NCBI GenBank assembly: GCA_034522975.1
Contig: JAXHKT010000046.1
Span: 105,377-169,376 of the forward strand
Reading direction: 5' to 3'
DNA length: 64,000 nucleotides
Source of the DNA: Bryobacterales bacterium
GTDB lineage: Bacteria > Acidobacteriota > Terriglobia > Bryobacterales > Bryobacteraceae
In this document: positions 42,335-51,978 of the stretch, piece after piece
Numbering within the stretch: position 1 is the stretch's first letter
Layout: each line of letters begins with the position of its first letter
Made by a program: the position numbers and the translations under genes
The notes under the pieces: model-generated
What the model was told of the DNA's origin: nothing
Database searches by the model: none
The model's input: only the letters and a program-made list of their open reading frames with translations

Positions 42335-43642
42335 CTACTCGTATCGAAGTGCGTCAATCGGATTGATGCGAGCGGCTTTGCGGGCGGGATAAATGCCGAA
42401 GACGATGCCTACGGCCAGCGAGACGCCCACCGCCACCAGCACGGATTCGGTGGTGACGATCGTCTTCCATTCGGCCACGCTGGCGATTAGCCACGATAGG
42501 AAGAAACCGAAGACGATTCCGGCCAGCCCTCCGCTGCCGGAGATGAGCACGGACTCCACAAGGAACTGGCGCACGATGTCGGAACGCCGCGCACCCGTAG
42601 CGCGCCGCACGCCAATCTCCCGCGTGCGCTCCATCACCGTAGCCAGCACGATATTCATGATTCCGATGCCGCCCACCAGCAGCGAGATCGCCGCAATGGC
42701 AACCATCACGTACGTGAAGATGGTCTGCGTGTGTTTCTGCTGGGCCAGTAGCGCGGCGGGGATGGTGACCGTGAAGTCGGGCGTATTGTGATGGGTAGAG
42801 TTGAGCACGGCCGTCACCACCTGGGCCACCTGGATGCTGTCGGCGGTATCGTCGAGCTGGATATCGATGCCATCGAGTTCGTCTTTGCGGCTGTTGCCCC
42901 GGTCCCAATAGCGATATTGAAAGCTATTGAACGGGATGTAGACGGCGTTGTCCATATCCTGCAAGCCGCCCGCGCCGCCCTGGCCGCCGGAACCGACGCG
43001 CTCCCGCAGCACCCCCACCACGCGCAGCCAGTCGCTATTCACCTTCACGAACTTGCCCAGGGCGGGCTCGAAGCCCAGCATCGAAACCTTCGCGCTTTCG
43101 CCCAGCACGCAGACGGCGGCGGCACGGGCATCTTCCTGGATTGAGAAAAAGCGCCCCTCGGCCAAATGCAGATGGTGGATCTGCTCATACGCGGGGCGCA
43201 CGCCGAATAATTCCGGCACCGGGCCGGTGGGCCGCGGGAACAACTGCGATGGGTGCAGCGTGCGCCGCGGCGTGGCATGCACGATGCTCTCGATATTCGT
43301 TTCGATGATGCGCAGATCGCGTTCCGTCAGCCCTGGCGAGTTGCGGCGCCGCTGCTGCATTTCTTCGTCGCTGCTGGCCGGGCGAGAATCGACCAGGATA
43401 TTCCGTACGCCCAATTGCTCGATAAAGCGCAACGATTCCTGTTTGGCGCCTTCGCCGATCGCCAGCATCCCGATGACGGAACCGACGCCGAAAACGATGC
43501 CCAGCATCGTGAGGAATGTGCGCGTTTTCTGCGCCCGCAGATTCGAAAAGGCCAGCACGGCATCGGCCACGGATTGCGTGAAAGCGCCGCTCCGGCGCCT
43601 ACGCTCGCTACCTGCGATGTTCCCCTTGCCGCGTGTAACCAT
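42335..43642 (-). CDS. MacB/DevC-type ABC permease (MacB periplasmic core + FtsX domain)
   Basis: N-terminal LRAQKTRTFLTMLGIVFGVGSVI helix, a large periplasmic domain, and a C-terminal FtsX 3-TM block with REIGVRRATGARR. Confidence 0.8.
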   Translation of the reverse strand: MVTRGKGNIAGSERRRRSGAFTQSVADAVLAFSNLRAQKTRTFLTMLGIVFGVGSVIGMLAIGEGAKQESLRFIEQLGVRNILVDSRPASSDEEMQQRRRNSPGLTERDLRIIETNIESIVHATPRRTLHPSQLFPRPTGPVPELFGVRPAYEQIHHLHLAEGRFFSIQEDARAAAVCVLGESAKVSMLGFEPALGKFVKVNSDWLRVVGVLRERVGSGGQGGAGGLQDMDNAVYIPFNSFQYRYWDRGNSRKDELDGIDIQLDDTADSIQVAQVVTAVLNSTHHNTPDFTVTIPAALLAQQKHTQTIFTYVMVAIAAISLLVGGIGIMNIVLATVMERTREIGVRRATGARRSDIVRQFLVESVLISGSGGLAGIVFGFFLSWLIASVAEWKTIVTTESVLVAVGVSLAVGIVFGIYPARKAARINPIDALRYE

Positions 43643-43669
43643 ACTCCAGAAACACCTCTCCCGTGCCCC

Positions 43670-44971
43670 TCACTTCGGGATTGCGTTCATCACCCCGCCA
43701 CCGGCTTGCGCGGCGCCCGCGGCATCGCGAATCTGGTCCGGGCTGGCCAGGGCCACCACGTCGTTCTCCGCAATGCCTTCCACCACCGCGCGGCTTTCGC
43801 TGCGCCGCTTGAGCTCCACATCCTGCGTGCGGAATCCGTTCTTCTGCCTCAGATACACATAGTGCCTTCCATCGCTTTCAAACAGCGCCTGGGAGGGCAG
43901 CCAAAGCACGTTCTTCGCTTCGCCGGAGATGATCTCCAGTTGCGCGCTCATTCCCTGGCGCAATGCCGGCGAGATTTCTTCAAGCTGGATGCGGCAATCG
44001 AAATGGCGATCCCAGGGCGGGCCCGTGGTGCCCCCGATGTGCTTCAGCTTCCCGCGAAACGCGCGCTCCGGCACGGCAACCACGCGCACGCTCACCGGTT
44101 GGCCTTCGGCGAGATGCCCGCGATCCAGTTCCCCGATGCGCGCGGTGACTTCCCAACTGGAAAGATCCGGAATCTGCGCCACGGCCATTCCCGCGCGAAT
44201 CGTATCGCCCACCTGGAAAATGGGAACTTCCATCCCGAAGTAAAACATCCCGCCGCCGTAGGTGTTCTGCTCAAGCGCCACATAGCCGCTTTCAGCGGCG
44301 CGCAGCGTCATCGTCTCAATGTTGCGTCTGGCCGTTTCCGCGCGAACCTGCGCCTTCTTTTGAACGGCGTCCTGGATGGCAATGGTGGCCAGGCTGGTGG
44401 CGCTTTGATTGGAGAGATCCTCGCGAAGCTGCCGTAACTCGTCTCGCGCCGCCTCAAGGGCAAGGTCGTTCTGCCGGGCCGTGATGGCGGAAACGAGCGT
44501 GTTCTTCCTGCATTCCAGTTCCGCCAATTTCACCTGCGCTTCCGCGTTTGCCAGAGCCAGCCGCGTCTCCTCTTTGCGCGCTTCCGTCTCCGCTTTGGCG
44601 CGCTTCACCTGCTGCTCGGCTTCGGCAAGATCGGCTTCAGCCTCGTGCAATTCGTATTCCTGTTCCGTGGTGTCGAACTGCGCCACCACATCGCCCTTGT
44701 TGGCTATCTCGCCCGGCTGCCGCAACTCGGTGATCACCAATTCCTGGCTGCCCACCATCGGCGCAACCAGGCGCTGGCTGTTGCCCCCCAGCAATTGGCC
44801 TTTGGCCACCACAGCGAACACCACGTCGCCCCGTTTAACGGAAGTGACGGGCACCCCATCGGCGAAGGCCGTCTCCGCCGGCGCGCTGCCAGGCGACGCC
44901 TTGAAGAAACCCCATCCGGCCAGGGCAAGCGCGGTTGCAACCGCCAGCGCCACAAAGACCCGCCTCCTCAT
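43670..44971 (-). CDS. HlyD-family periplasmic adaptor (433 aa)
   Basis: Signal anchor, lipoyl half-motifs, long coiled coil and beta-barrel. Start overlaps the upstream paralog's stop. Confidence 0.8.
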   Translation of the reverse strand: MRRRVFVALAVATALALAGWGFFKASPGSAPAETAFADGVPVTSVKRGDVVFAVVAKGQLLGGNSQRLVAPMVGSQELVITELRQPGEIANKGDVVAQFDTTEQEYELHEAEADLAEAEQQVKRAKAETEARKEETRLALANAEAQVKLAELECRKNTLVSAITARQNDLALEAARDELRQLREDLSNQSATSLATIAIQDAVQKKAQVRAETARRNIETMTLRAAESGYVALEQNTYGGGMFYFGMEVPIFQVGDTIRAGMAVAQIPDLSSWEVTARIGELDRGHLAEGQPVSVRVVAVPERAFRGKLKHIGGTTGPPWDRHFDCRIQLEEISPALRQGMSAQLEIISGEAKNVLWLPSQALFESDGRHYVYLRQKNGFRTQDVELKRRSESRAVVEGIAENDVVALASPDQIRDAAGAAQAGGGVMNAIPK

Positions 44972-46233
44972 GAGGCACCTTCCCTTTCCTTGGGTTCCAC
45001 CAGCGACACCGCCATTCCTGCCTCAATTCCCGCAACGGCAACCTCGTCGGCGTTGCGGCCCAGCACCTCCACCTGCCGGGCGCTGCTGCCCTTTTCTGAA
45101 ACCACATACACCACGGGTTTGCCATCTCGCATGAAGAGCGCCTTGGCGGGCAGAACCATCGCTCCGTGAATCGTATCCACCACCACGTCCATGCTGCCGT
45201 TCATCCCCGGCCGAAGCCGCGCGTCCGGCGAAGCGAGCGGCGCGAAGCCGCGGAAGCTGGAAGTGGGCGGCCATTCGAAACTCAATTGCGTAAGGGCGGA
45301 GATGCTCTCTATCCGTGAATCCACGCGCAGTTCCGGCAATGAATCGATGCGAATCCGCACCGTACTGCCTTCTTTCACCCGTCCGCGCTCAATCTCCTCG
45401 ATCTTGGCTTCCATTTCAAGAGACCCCAGGTCCGGGATCTCCGCCACGCTGGCCCCTGGCCAAACCTGGTCGCCCACCTTGAATGGCTGCGCGTTCATCC
45501 AGCCTTGCGAATAGTTGGGGAGGTAGATGATCACACCACCCTGCGGCGCTTTTACTTCCATCTGAGATAGCCGGTATTGCATTAGAGCCACATCGTCGTT
45601 GGCCTTCTCTCTCGCTCTAGCCAGCGATGCGCTGTTCGCTGCGCTCGACGCGCGGTTGAAGGCGACGGTGGCTTCATTCACCCGCAACTTCTCTTCGGCA
45701 AGCGCAAGGCTGATGCGGCTCTCCTCGCCTTGTACGGCGCTCACCACTTCCGCTTTTGAAACTTCCAGCCGCGCGCGCTCCACCTCATAACGGGCCTGGC
45801 CCAGTTCACGGGCGTCTTTCTCGGCCTGGATCCGGGCCTCCGCTTGGGCCTCCTCCAAAGTTGCCTGCGCCTGCTTCAGTTCCGCTTCTTTTTCGCGAAG
45901 CTGGCGTTGGGCGCTGCTAGGGTCAAAGCGCAGCACCGTTTCTCCTACGCTCACCTTGGCCCCTGGCGGAACCAGCCACACAATGCGCAAATCGGGCACG
46001 TCGGCGGGAGCGGTCACTTGGAGGGATTGTTTAGCAACCAGTTCTCCCCGGCATTTCACCATCACCGCAAAATCGCCTTGGCGGACGTCGGTGGTAGGAA
46101 GTTGCTGCGCCTGGTGGAACCAACCGGGTGCCTTCCATGCTCCCAGCGCCGCCAACCCGGCAATCAGCAGCAGCCCGCCCGTCACGCGCAGCCATCGTGA
46201 GTGCAGCAATCGCTGGAAGCGGCTTTGCGTCAT
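44968..46233 (-). CDS. HlyD-family periplasmic adaptor (421 aa)
   Basis: Same architecture as 43670-44971. 4-nt overlaps with both neighbours. Confidence 0.8.
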   Translation of the reverse strand: MTQSRFQRLLHSRWLRVTGGLLLIAGLAALGAWKAPGWFHQAQQLPTTDVRQGDFAVMVKCRGELVAKQSLQVTAPADVPDLRIVWLVPPGAKVSVGETVLRFDPSSAQRQLREKEAELKQAQATLEEAQAEARIQAEKDARELGQARYEVERARLEVSKAEVVSAVQGEESRISLALAEEKLRVNEATVAFNRASSAANSASLARAREKANDDVALMQYRLSQMEVKAPQGGVIIYLPNYSQGWMNAQPFKVGDQVWPGASVAEIPDLGSLEMEAKIEEIERGRVKEGSTVRIRIDSLPELRVDSRIESISALTQLSFEWPPTSSFRGFAPLASPDARLRPGMNGSMDVVVDTIHGAMVLPAKALFMRDGKPVVYVVSEKGSSARQVEVLGRNADEVAVAGIEAGMAVSLVEPKEREGAS

Positions 46234-47068
46234 CGGCCGTTCCCTCCGCCTCGTGTTTCCGCGGGCGTTGGCGAGGGCGGGGTAATCACCACCTGCGCCG
46301 CCAGGTCGGGCAGCAGATGAGGGTCGATTTCTTCGATTGCGAACTTCGCCGAGAAGCGCCGGATGGGGCTGCCGATGGCAGATGCCGCCACCGGGCTTGC
46401 CGCAAGCAGCCGCGCATGGAAGCGCAGATCGGGATAAGCGTCCAGGATCACCACGGCGCGCGCACCAGGCAGCAGCGTAGCGCCGCCGCTTCCGCTTCGT
46501 CCCGGAGCTTGTGCGATCGCTGCAAACTCTCTATCTGCTGGCGGGCGTTCTCCAGCCGGATCTCATTCTTCTGCCGGTCGATTTCCGAACGCACCTCGGC
46601 GATGCGCTTCTGGATGCTCGCTTTATCGAAATCCGCCATCGCCTGACGCAGAGCCAATCGGCGAGTGGCGGCATTGGCGGCGTTTTGCGCCCGCTCTTTG
46701 GCGATCTTAAGGGAGAGGTCGTCGAACTGCGCCTGGGCGGTGCGCGCCAAATCGGTTTGGTCCGTGCGGTCGAACTACGCGAGTAGCGCGCCCTGCTCCA
46801 CGCGGCTGCCATTAGGTATCAGCGAAACAAGGGTGAGGCGATTGCTGCGCCGTTGCAAACGCGGCGCCTGCACGATGAACTCGCGAGCCGCCCGCAGCTT
46901 CCCGGTACCTCTCACGGCATCGGCGCCGTCTCGGGAAAGCGGGATGGGGGAAACGGCATTTGCCGGCGGGTTGGGGTTGGCGGCTTGCGCATCTGTTTCG
47001 GGTGTGCCGCTGGCACCCGCCCCGCCGCAGGCGCTCAGCACCACAGTCATGGCCAGCGCCGCAAACAC
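46230..47068 (-). pseudogene. third HlyD-family adaptor paralog: in-frame TAG (46775-46777), frameshift (about 46470-46500) and probably an internal deletion
   Basis: Three ORF fragments. The first has a lipoprotein-like N-terminus ..AMTVVLSACGG and ends ...EQGALLA*FDRTDQ (canonical E-x-D). The second is a coiled-coil fragment. The third is LLPGARAVVILDAYPDLRF. The sum is about 280 aa, versus 421 and 433 aa for the paralogs. Confidence 0.7.
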
Positions 47069-47429
47069 ACGAATGCGATTCCACCTTGCAGGAAAAATCC
47101 GCGCCCTACGATGCCTAAGAATCCAATGCTACATAGGAGTTCCTTTTTTTACAGTTTCATTTTCGCGAAACGCCAAGTTTCGCTACCGTTCATGCTGCCC
47201 GCCATTCACGCGGAACGGCATACCAGACAGTCATCCGCTATCTCCCGGCCCGCGGCAACACAAGCAGGCAACACGCGGGCTGAGAGCGCGCTGACGCTCC
47301 CTCAGCACTGACGCACTCACAGACGCACCCGTGCAGAAAGAGTTCCAGCCAGCAAGGGATTTACTCCCAGATTCGAGACGGCGGATATAGAAGGAGATTT
47401 ACTTGTTTAGCGGGCGGAAACAGGTTGGG

Positions 47430-47891
47430 TTATCGGTTGCTGAGGACGGTCACCCAGAACACACCCTCCGCACAGTCGAACGCCAGCATCTCCCGCGTGC
47501 CGGCGCCACAGACGCGAATGCGGTAGTTGGTGCCTTCCACCACGGAGGGCATGGAGAGCTGGATGCTTTGCATGAGCGTGCATTTCATGTTGCCGCCGAT
47601 CATATTGGCGAGCTCGCCCAGCACGTCGCGTACAACGTCGTCCACCGTATCCGGAAGGTCGGTGGAAAGAAAGCGGCTCGCCAGGCGGCAGGCTTGATGC
47701 TGGTCGCACTCCACCAGCACCGCTCCGTTCCAGTCGCCCGAAAGGTGTACCGCCGCGGTGAGGCGCTCATCGCCCGAATGCCACTCCGGCCCCCGCGGTT
47801 TCACCACCAAACCCAACATCGTTTCAAAGACCGATCCGACGATCTACGCCAATTCTTCCGGCATGATTCCAGTAGTAGTTTCGGCTGCCAT
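47430..47891 (-). pseudogene. cheX: CheX-type CheY-P phosphatase with in-frame TAG at codon 16 (47844-47846)
   Basis: MAAETTTGIMPEELA*IVGSVFETMLGLVV... The stop sits inside the conserved N-terminal helix. The rest is CheX-like (LGELANMIGGN). Confidence 0.75.
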
Positions 47892-47900
47892 CGCTTCCCC

Positions 47901-48734
47901 TTATCGCGCTACGTAAACCGTTGCATTTCCGATCGTCTGCCTCTCAAACCATTCGTCAACGCCGAACGCCGTTTCCGCGCCGCCCAGCAAGAGCCAGCCT
48001 CCCCGGAATAGGGTGCCGTGAATCTCCTTGACGAGCTCGCGCTTGGTCTCGGCGTCGAAGTAGATCATCACGTTCCGGCAGAAAACCAGATCGAAAGGGC
48101 CCATCGCCCGCATGCTCTTGCGCAGGTCGATCGCCTCAAAGCGGACCATATTCCGCGGGTCGTCCCGCAGAATCCAATCCACCCCCGAGCGGCGGAAATA
48201 CTTCACCAGCAGCGACGCGGGCAGTCCGCGATTCACTTCGATCTGATGGTATTTGCCCGAACGCGCGCGCTCGACCACCGGCGTGGAAAAGTCGGTGCGC
48301 AGAATCTAAATCGACCAATCGGCAAAGCCGTCTTCAAGCAGCGCCATCGCGAGGCTATAGGCCTCCTGGCCAGTCGACGACGCGGCTGACCAAAATCGCA
48401 GCTTTCGCGTGTCTTTCCGCTCTTCTCTCAATCGCGGCAGCAGTTCCTTGCGGATCGCATCGTAATGCGCCGGGTCGCGAAAGAAATAGGTTTCGTTTGT
48501 GGTCATTGCCTCCACCACTAGGCGGGAGATCTCCGGCGGCCGCGTGGCGATGAGCAGCGCGCACAAGTCGTTGATCGAGCCCAGGCCGAACTGCCGGACG
48601 ATGGGGGAAAGACGGCTCTCAAACAGATAGTGCTTGTCGCTTTCCAGCACGATTCCCGTCTCGGTATAGAGGTGCTTCTGGAGAAATTCGTAGTGCGTGG
48701 CGAGAATTTCCTCGCTTGTTGTTTGGACAGGCAT
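47901..48734 (-). pseudogene. cheR: CheR protein-glutamate methyltransferase with in-frame TAG (48306-48308)
   Basis: ETYFFRD and RFWSAASSTGQEAYSLAM lie upstream. ...DWSI*ILRTDFSTPVVERARSGKY and FCRNVMIYFD lie downstream, all in the same frame. Confidence 0.85.
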
Positions 48735-48747
48735 CCGTAATTTTCTC

Positions 48748-49878
48748 CTAGTTCCGGCCCGCCTGCGCCAGGATCTCGGGTATCACGGCATCGAGCGGCA
48801 ACACCCGATCCGCGAGATTGGCGTTCACCACCGCGCCCGGCATTCCCCAAACCACGCTGGAGGCTTCGTCCTGGGCCAGCACGCTTGCCCCTTGCGCCTT
48901 CAGCAACTCCACGGCTCGCAACCCGTCCTGCCCCATCCCGGTGAGAATCGCGGCACTCACGGAGCCGCCATACACCTCTCCCACGGAGCAGAACAGGGCG
49001 TCCACCGCGGGACGGCAGGAATTTTCGGGTGGCTCCTGATCGAGAAAGACGCGTACGCCCCCATCCTGCGAGCGGACCTTCATATGAAAGTTTCCCGGCG
49101 CAATCAGAATCTTCCCCGGCTCCACCACCGCGCCCTCTGTCGCTTCCTCCACGCGAAGCGAACAACTCGCGTCCAGCCGTTCAGCCAGAAGCCTTGTGAA
49201 CAGCGGCGGCATATACTGCACCAGCAGAACCGGCAAGGGAAAGCTCTCCGGCAGAGTCTGCAAGATCGAGACTAATGCCGTCGGCCCGCCCGTCGAAACG
49301 CCAATCACCAGAGCTCTTGGTCGCGGCCTGACGCCCCGCCCCAGATGCGCCGTCGCGGGATTGGCCGTAGCCGGAATGAATGGGGACGCCGGCGCGCCGC
49401 TTCCCGCGGGCAGCTTGGCCCCCGCGAACTCCGGCACTTTCGCAGCTCCAGGCAGATGAAAAAACTGCTTGATCTTGGGGATCAGTTCTTCCCGCAGACG
49501 AATCATCGAGCGATCGAGCGACCCCTCGTTCGACGCTTTCGCCACATAGTCGTCAGCACCCAGGCTCAACGCCTCCAGCGTCACCGCCGCGCCGCGATCG
49601 GTGAGCGTGCTGAACATAATCACACGCAGTTTCGGATACTCCTTGCGCAGACGCCGCAGGGTTTCGAGGCCATCCATTTCGGGCATCTCGATATCGAGCG
49701 TTAGTACATCGGGATTGAACTGGGAAATCCGCTGTAGCGCGATCGCCACGTTCGATGCCACCCCCACCACTTCCACGGCGGGGTCTTCTTCGAGGGCATG
49801 CGTCACTAGGCGGCGAATCACCACGGAGTCGTCCACCACCGCAGCACACGAATGCGCTCCCCGGGCTGCAACAGGCAT
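48748..49878 (-). CDS. cheB: CheB protein-glutamate methylesterase (receiver + esterase), catalytic His apparently replaced by Tyr
   Basis: The receiver DD/D/T/K residues, GVSTGGP (Ser) and LTGMGQDG (Asp) are present. The motif reads LLVQYMPPLFT where E. coli has IITQHMPPGFT (His190). The Tyr codon is at 49213-49215. Confidence 0.8.
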   Translation of the reverse strand: MPVAARGAHSCAAVVDDSVVIRRLVTHALEEDPAVEVVGVASNVAIALQRISQFNPDVLTLDIEMPEMDGLETLRRLRKEYPKLRVIMFSTLTDRGAAVTLEALSLGADDYVAKASNEGSLDRSMIRLREELIPKIKQFFHLPGAAKVPEFAGAKLPAGSGAPASPFIPATANPATAHLGRGVRPRPRALVIGVSTGGPTALVSILQTLPESFPLPVLLVQYMPPLFTRLLAERLDASCSLRVEEATEGAVVEPGKILIAPGNFHMKVRSQDGGVRVFLDQEPPENSCRPAVDALFCSVGEVYGGSVSAAILTGMGQDGLRAVELLKAQGASVLAQDEASSVVWGMPGAVVNANLADRVLPLDAVIPEILAQAGRN

Positions 49879-49905
49879 TTGTTCAGAATGGACATGGCTC
49901 GCTCC

Positions 49906-50280
49906 TTAAGGATGGACCCCTGCCAGTTGCAGCTTCCCCACCAGTATGTCTTTCGTGAAGGGCTTCATCACGTATTCGTTCGCGCCCGCTTCGAGCGCCG
50001 TCACCATCTGGTCGAGCCCTGTTTCCGTGGTCACCATCACTACCGCAAGCGAAGCGAGCGCCGGATTCTCGCGGAGCTTCCTCAGAAGTTCCAGCCCGTT
50101 CATCTCCGGCATGTTCCAATCGGCAAGCACCAGCCTCACCGAAGCTCCTTCGCTTTCTATTACCTTGAGCGCTTCAATGCCGTTTGAAGCCTCGCACGTT
50201 TCATATCCAAGATCGCAAAGGATTTTCGCCAGGAGCATCCTCACGGCTCTCGAATCGTCCACCACCAGTGCCTTGGCCAT
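49906..50280 (-). CDS. cheY: CheY-like response regulator
   Basis: VVDDS, LADWNMPEMNG, VTTE and MKPF. 124 aa. Confidence 0.9.
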   Translation of the reverse strand: MAKALVVDDSRAVRMLLAKILCDLGYETCEASNGIEALKVIESEGASVRLVLADWNMPEMNGLELLRKLRENPALASLAVVMVTTETGLDQMVTALEAGANEYVMKPFTKDILVGKLQLAGVHP

Positions 50281-50364
50281 CCCTTTACCGCATTTGTCAA
50301 TCGCTCAGAAAAGTCCCGGCAGCACAGCCACCGCCGGTCCCCATCGAATCTGGGGCATCGCCAA

Positions 50365-51651
50365 TCAGACTGTGAACCGCGAAATACCCGCCTGCAGCCT
50401 TGCAGCAATTGGGCTCAGTTCCTGCGACGCTTTCTGCGTATCGCTAGCGCCATTCGCGGTGTCCTTCGCCGCCATCGCCACCCCGCCGATGTTCTTGGCG
50501 ATGTCGCCCACGCCCTTTGCCGCTTTGGCGACGCTGCGCCCGATCTCGTTGGCGGTTGCGGTCCGCTCTTCCACCGCCGACGCGATGCTGTCGGAGATAT
50601 CGTTGATCTGGCTGATGATCGTGCCGATCTCCTCAATTGCCTTAACGGCTCCTTTGGTGTCGACTTGAATCGCTTCGATCTTTTGGCTGATGTCCTCGGT
50701 AGCCTTCGCGGTTTGCCTGGCTTGCTCCTTCACTTCGTTGGCCACTACCGCGAAGCCCTTACCCGCTTCGCCGACAGGCGCCGCTTCGATCGTCCCGTTG
50801 AGCATCTGGATGTTGGCCTGTTGGGCGATTGAAGCGATCGCCTTGATCGCGTTGCCCACTTCCTGGCTCGATTCGCGAAGCCTGGTTACGGTGAAATTGG
50901 TCGAGTGCGCCACGCTCACCGGGTTCTTCGCCACCCTGGCCGATTCGTTGGTGTTCTTAGCGATCTCCCCGATCGACGCCTGCATTTGCTTGGAAGTCGG
51001 CGCCACTGAGGATACGTTCTTCGAAACCTGCTCGCTCGCCGCCGGCACCGCATTCGCCTGCACCGCCGTCTCTTCTGCATTGCCCGCCATCTGCTGGCTG
51101 ACCGCCGTGAGCTCTTCGCACGAGGATGCCAGCGCCGCCGCGCTTTGCGCCGATTCGGAGAGCATCTCCACCAGACTGCCGCGAATCTGCTCGATGGTCT
51201 TGTTAATGAATGCTCTCTTGCCCGGGAACTTCTCCAGCATTGCCTTGAAGTTGCCTTTGCCAAACTCCGCCGCGCAAGCCATCGCCTTCTTCTTTCCGGC
51301 GAGGTAGTTGGGGCCACCATCTCGTTCACGCCCGGTACCATCTCCTATGATGGTGGCGCCGGCATACACGCTGAGCCGCTTCAGTTGCTTGCCCAGGCGT
51401 TCGGTGAGGCGCTCGCCATCGCGCAACTGGCTCAGCAGCGTCTCCGCCTTGTGCGTAATCGCCTCCAGCGTGGCGAATCCCAGGAAGCCGCGCGTGCCCT
51501 TGATGGTGTGAATCGTACGAAAAATGCTCGCCAAAAGGGCCGCATCCCTGGGTTGCTTCTCGAGTTCGACCAACTCCTGATCCAAGCGTGCGAGATTCTC
51601 ATGGCTCTCCACGAGGAACTCGCGGATAATCTCCTGAACCAGCTCTTGCAT
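50365..51651 (-). CDS. chimeric ORF: CheA P1/Hpt domain fused to a methyl-accepting chemotaxis signalling domain
   Basis: N-terminus ...[19 protein letters not shown]... (Hpt), then ..[12 protein letters not shown].. (CheW/P5-end-like), then an MCP coiled coil with tip [16 protein letters not shown] 51651 chosen. Confidence 0.7.
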   Translation of the reverse strand: MQELVQEIIREFLVESHENLARLDQELVELEKQPRDAALLASIFRTIHTIKGTRGFLGFATLEAITHKAETLLSQLRDGERLTERLGKQLKRLSVYAGATIIGDGTGRERDGGPNYLAGKKKAMACAAEFGKGNFKAMLEKFPGKRAFINKTIEQIRGSLVEMLSESAQSAAALASSCEELTAVSQQMAGNAEETAVQANAVPAASEQVSKNVSSVAPTSKQMQASIGEIAKNTNESARVAKNPVSVAHSTNFTVTRLRESSQEVGNAIKAIASIAQQANIQMLNGTIEAAPVGEAGKGFAVVANEVKEQARQTAKATEDISQKIEAIQVDTKGAVKAIEEIGTIISQINDISDSIASAVEERTATANEIGRSVAKAAKGVGDIAKNIGGVAMAAKDTANGASDTQKASQELSPIAARLQAGISRFTV

Positions 51652-51978
51652 GTGTCCTCTGCTCCAGAATGGGGAGGGTTTACGTTCCGCGTTGACGGTG
51701 CGATCGCGTGGCAAACCGGCTTCAGGCCGATCCGCCGACGTGGCCGGAACTTCGGCGCGATCCCAAACCTACTTATTGGAGCCTGGACCGGAAACTGTAA
51801 GTGTTGGCTATTGGTTGAGGGTTCTAAGTGAAACTTCCGGGACTTGGGGAGTAGCATGAACAGAATGCACGGGTGCACTGCTCGAACACTCCTCCCCATT
51901 TGGCCACTTGGATACGGCGTGGTAAACCTGACAGGGGAGAGCCCGCGGCGGGATTCCAGAAAGAGCGCCAAAAGGAGT

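Noticed and set aside
47403-48011. 202-aa + strand ORF with an aaggag SD-like sequence and a TTG start.
   Set aside because: It is entirely antisense to cheX and cheR, whose frames carry clear family motifs. Its product has no recognisable features.
46775-48308. TAG reassignment or pyrrolysine-type recoding as an explanation for the three in-frame amber codons.
   Set aside because: TAG is used as the terminator of several well-supported genes in this window: sbp at 41201-41203 (2 nt before the cysT start), the RRM protein, the cupin protein, the small charged protein and the AI-2E-like protein. No tRNA or pyl genes are visible, and the same genes show other decay signs.
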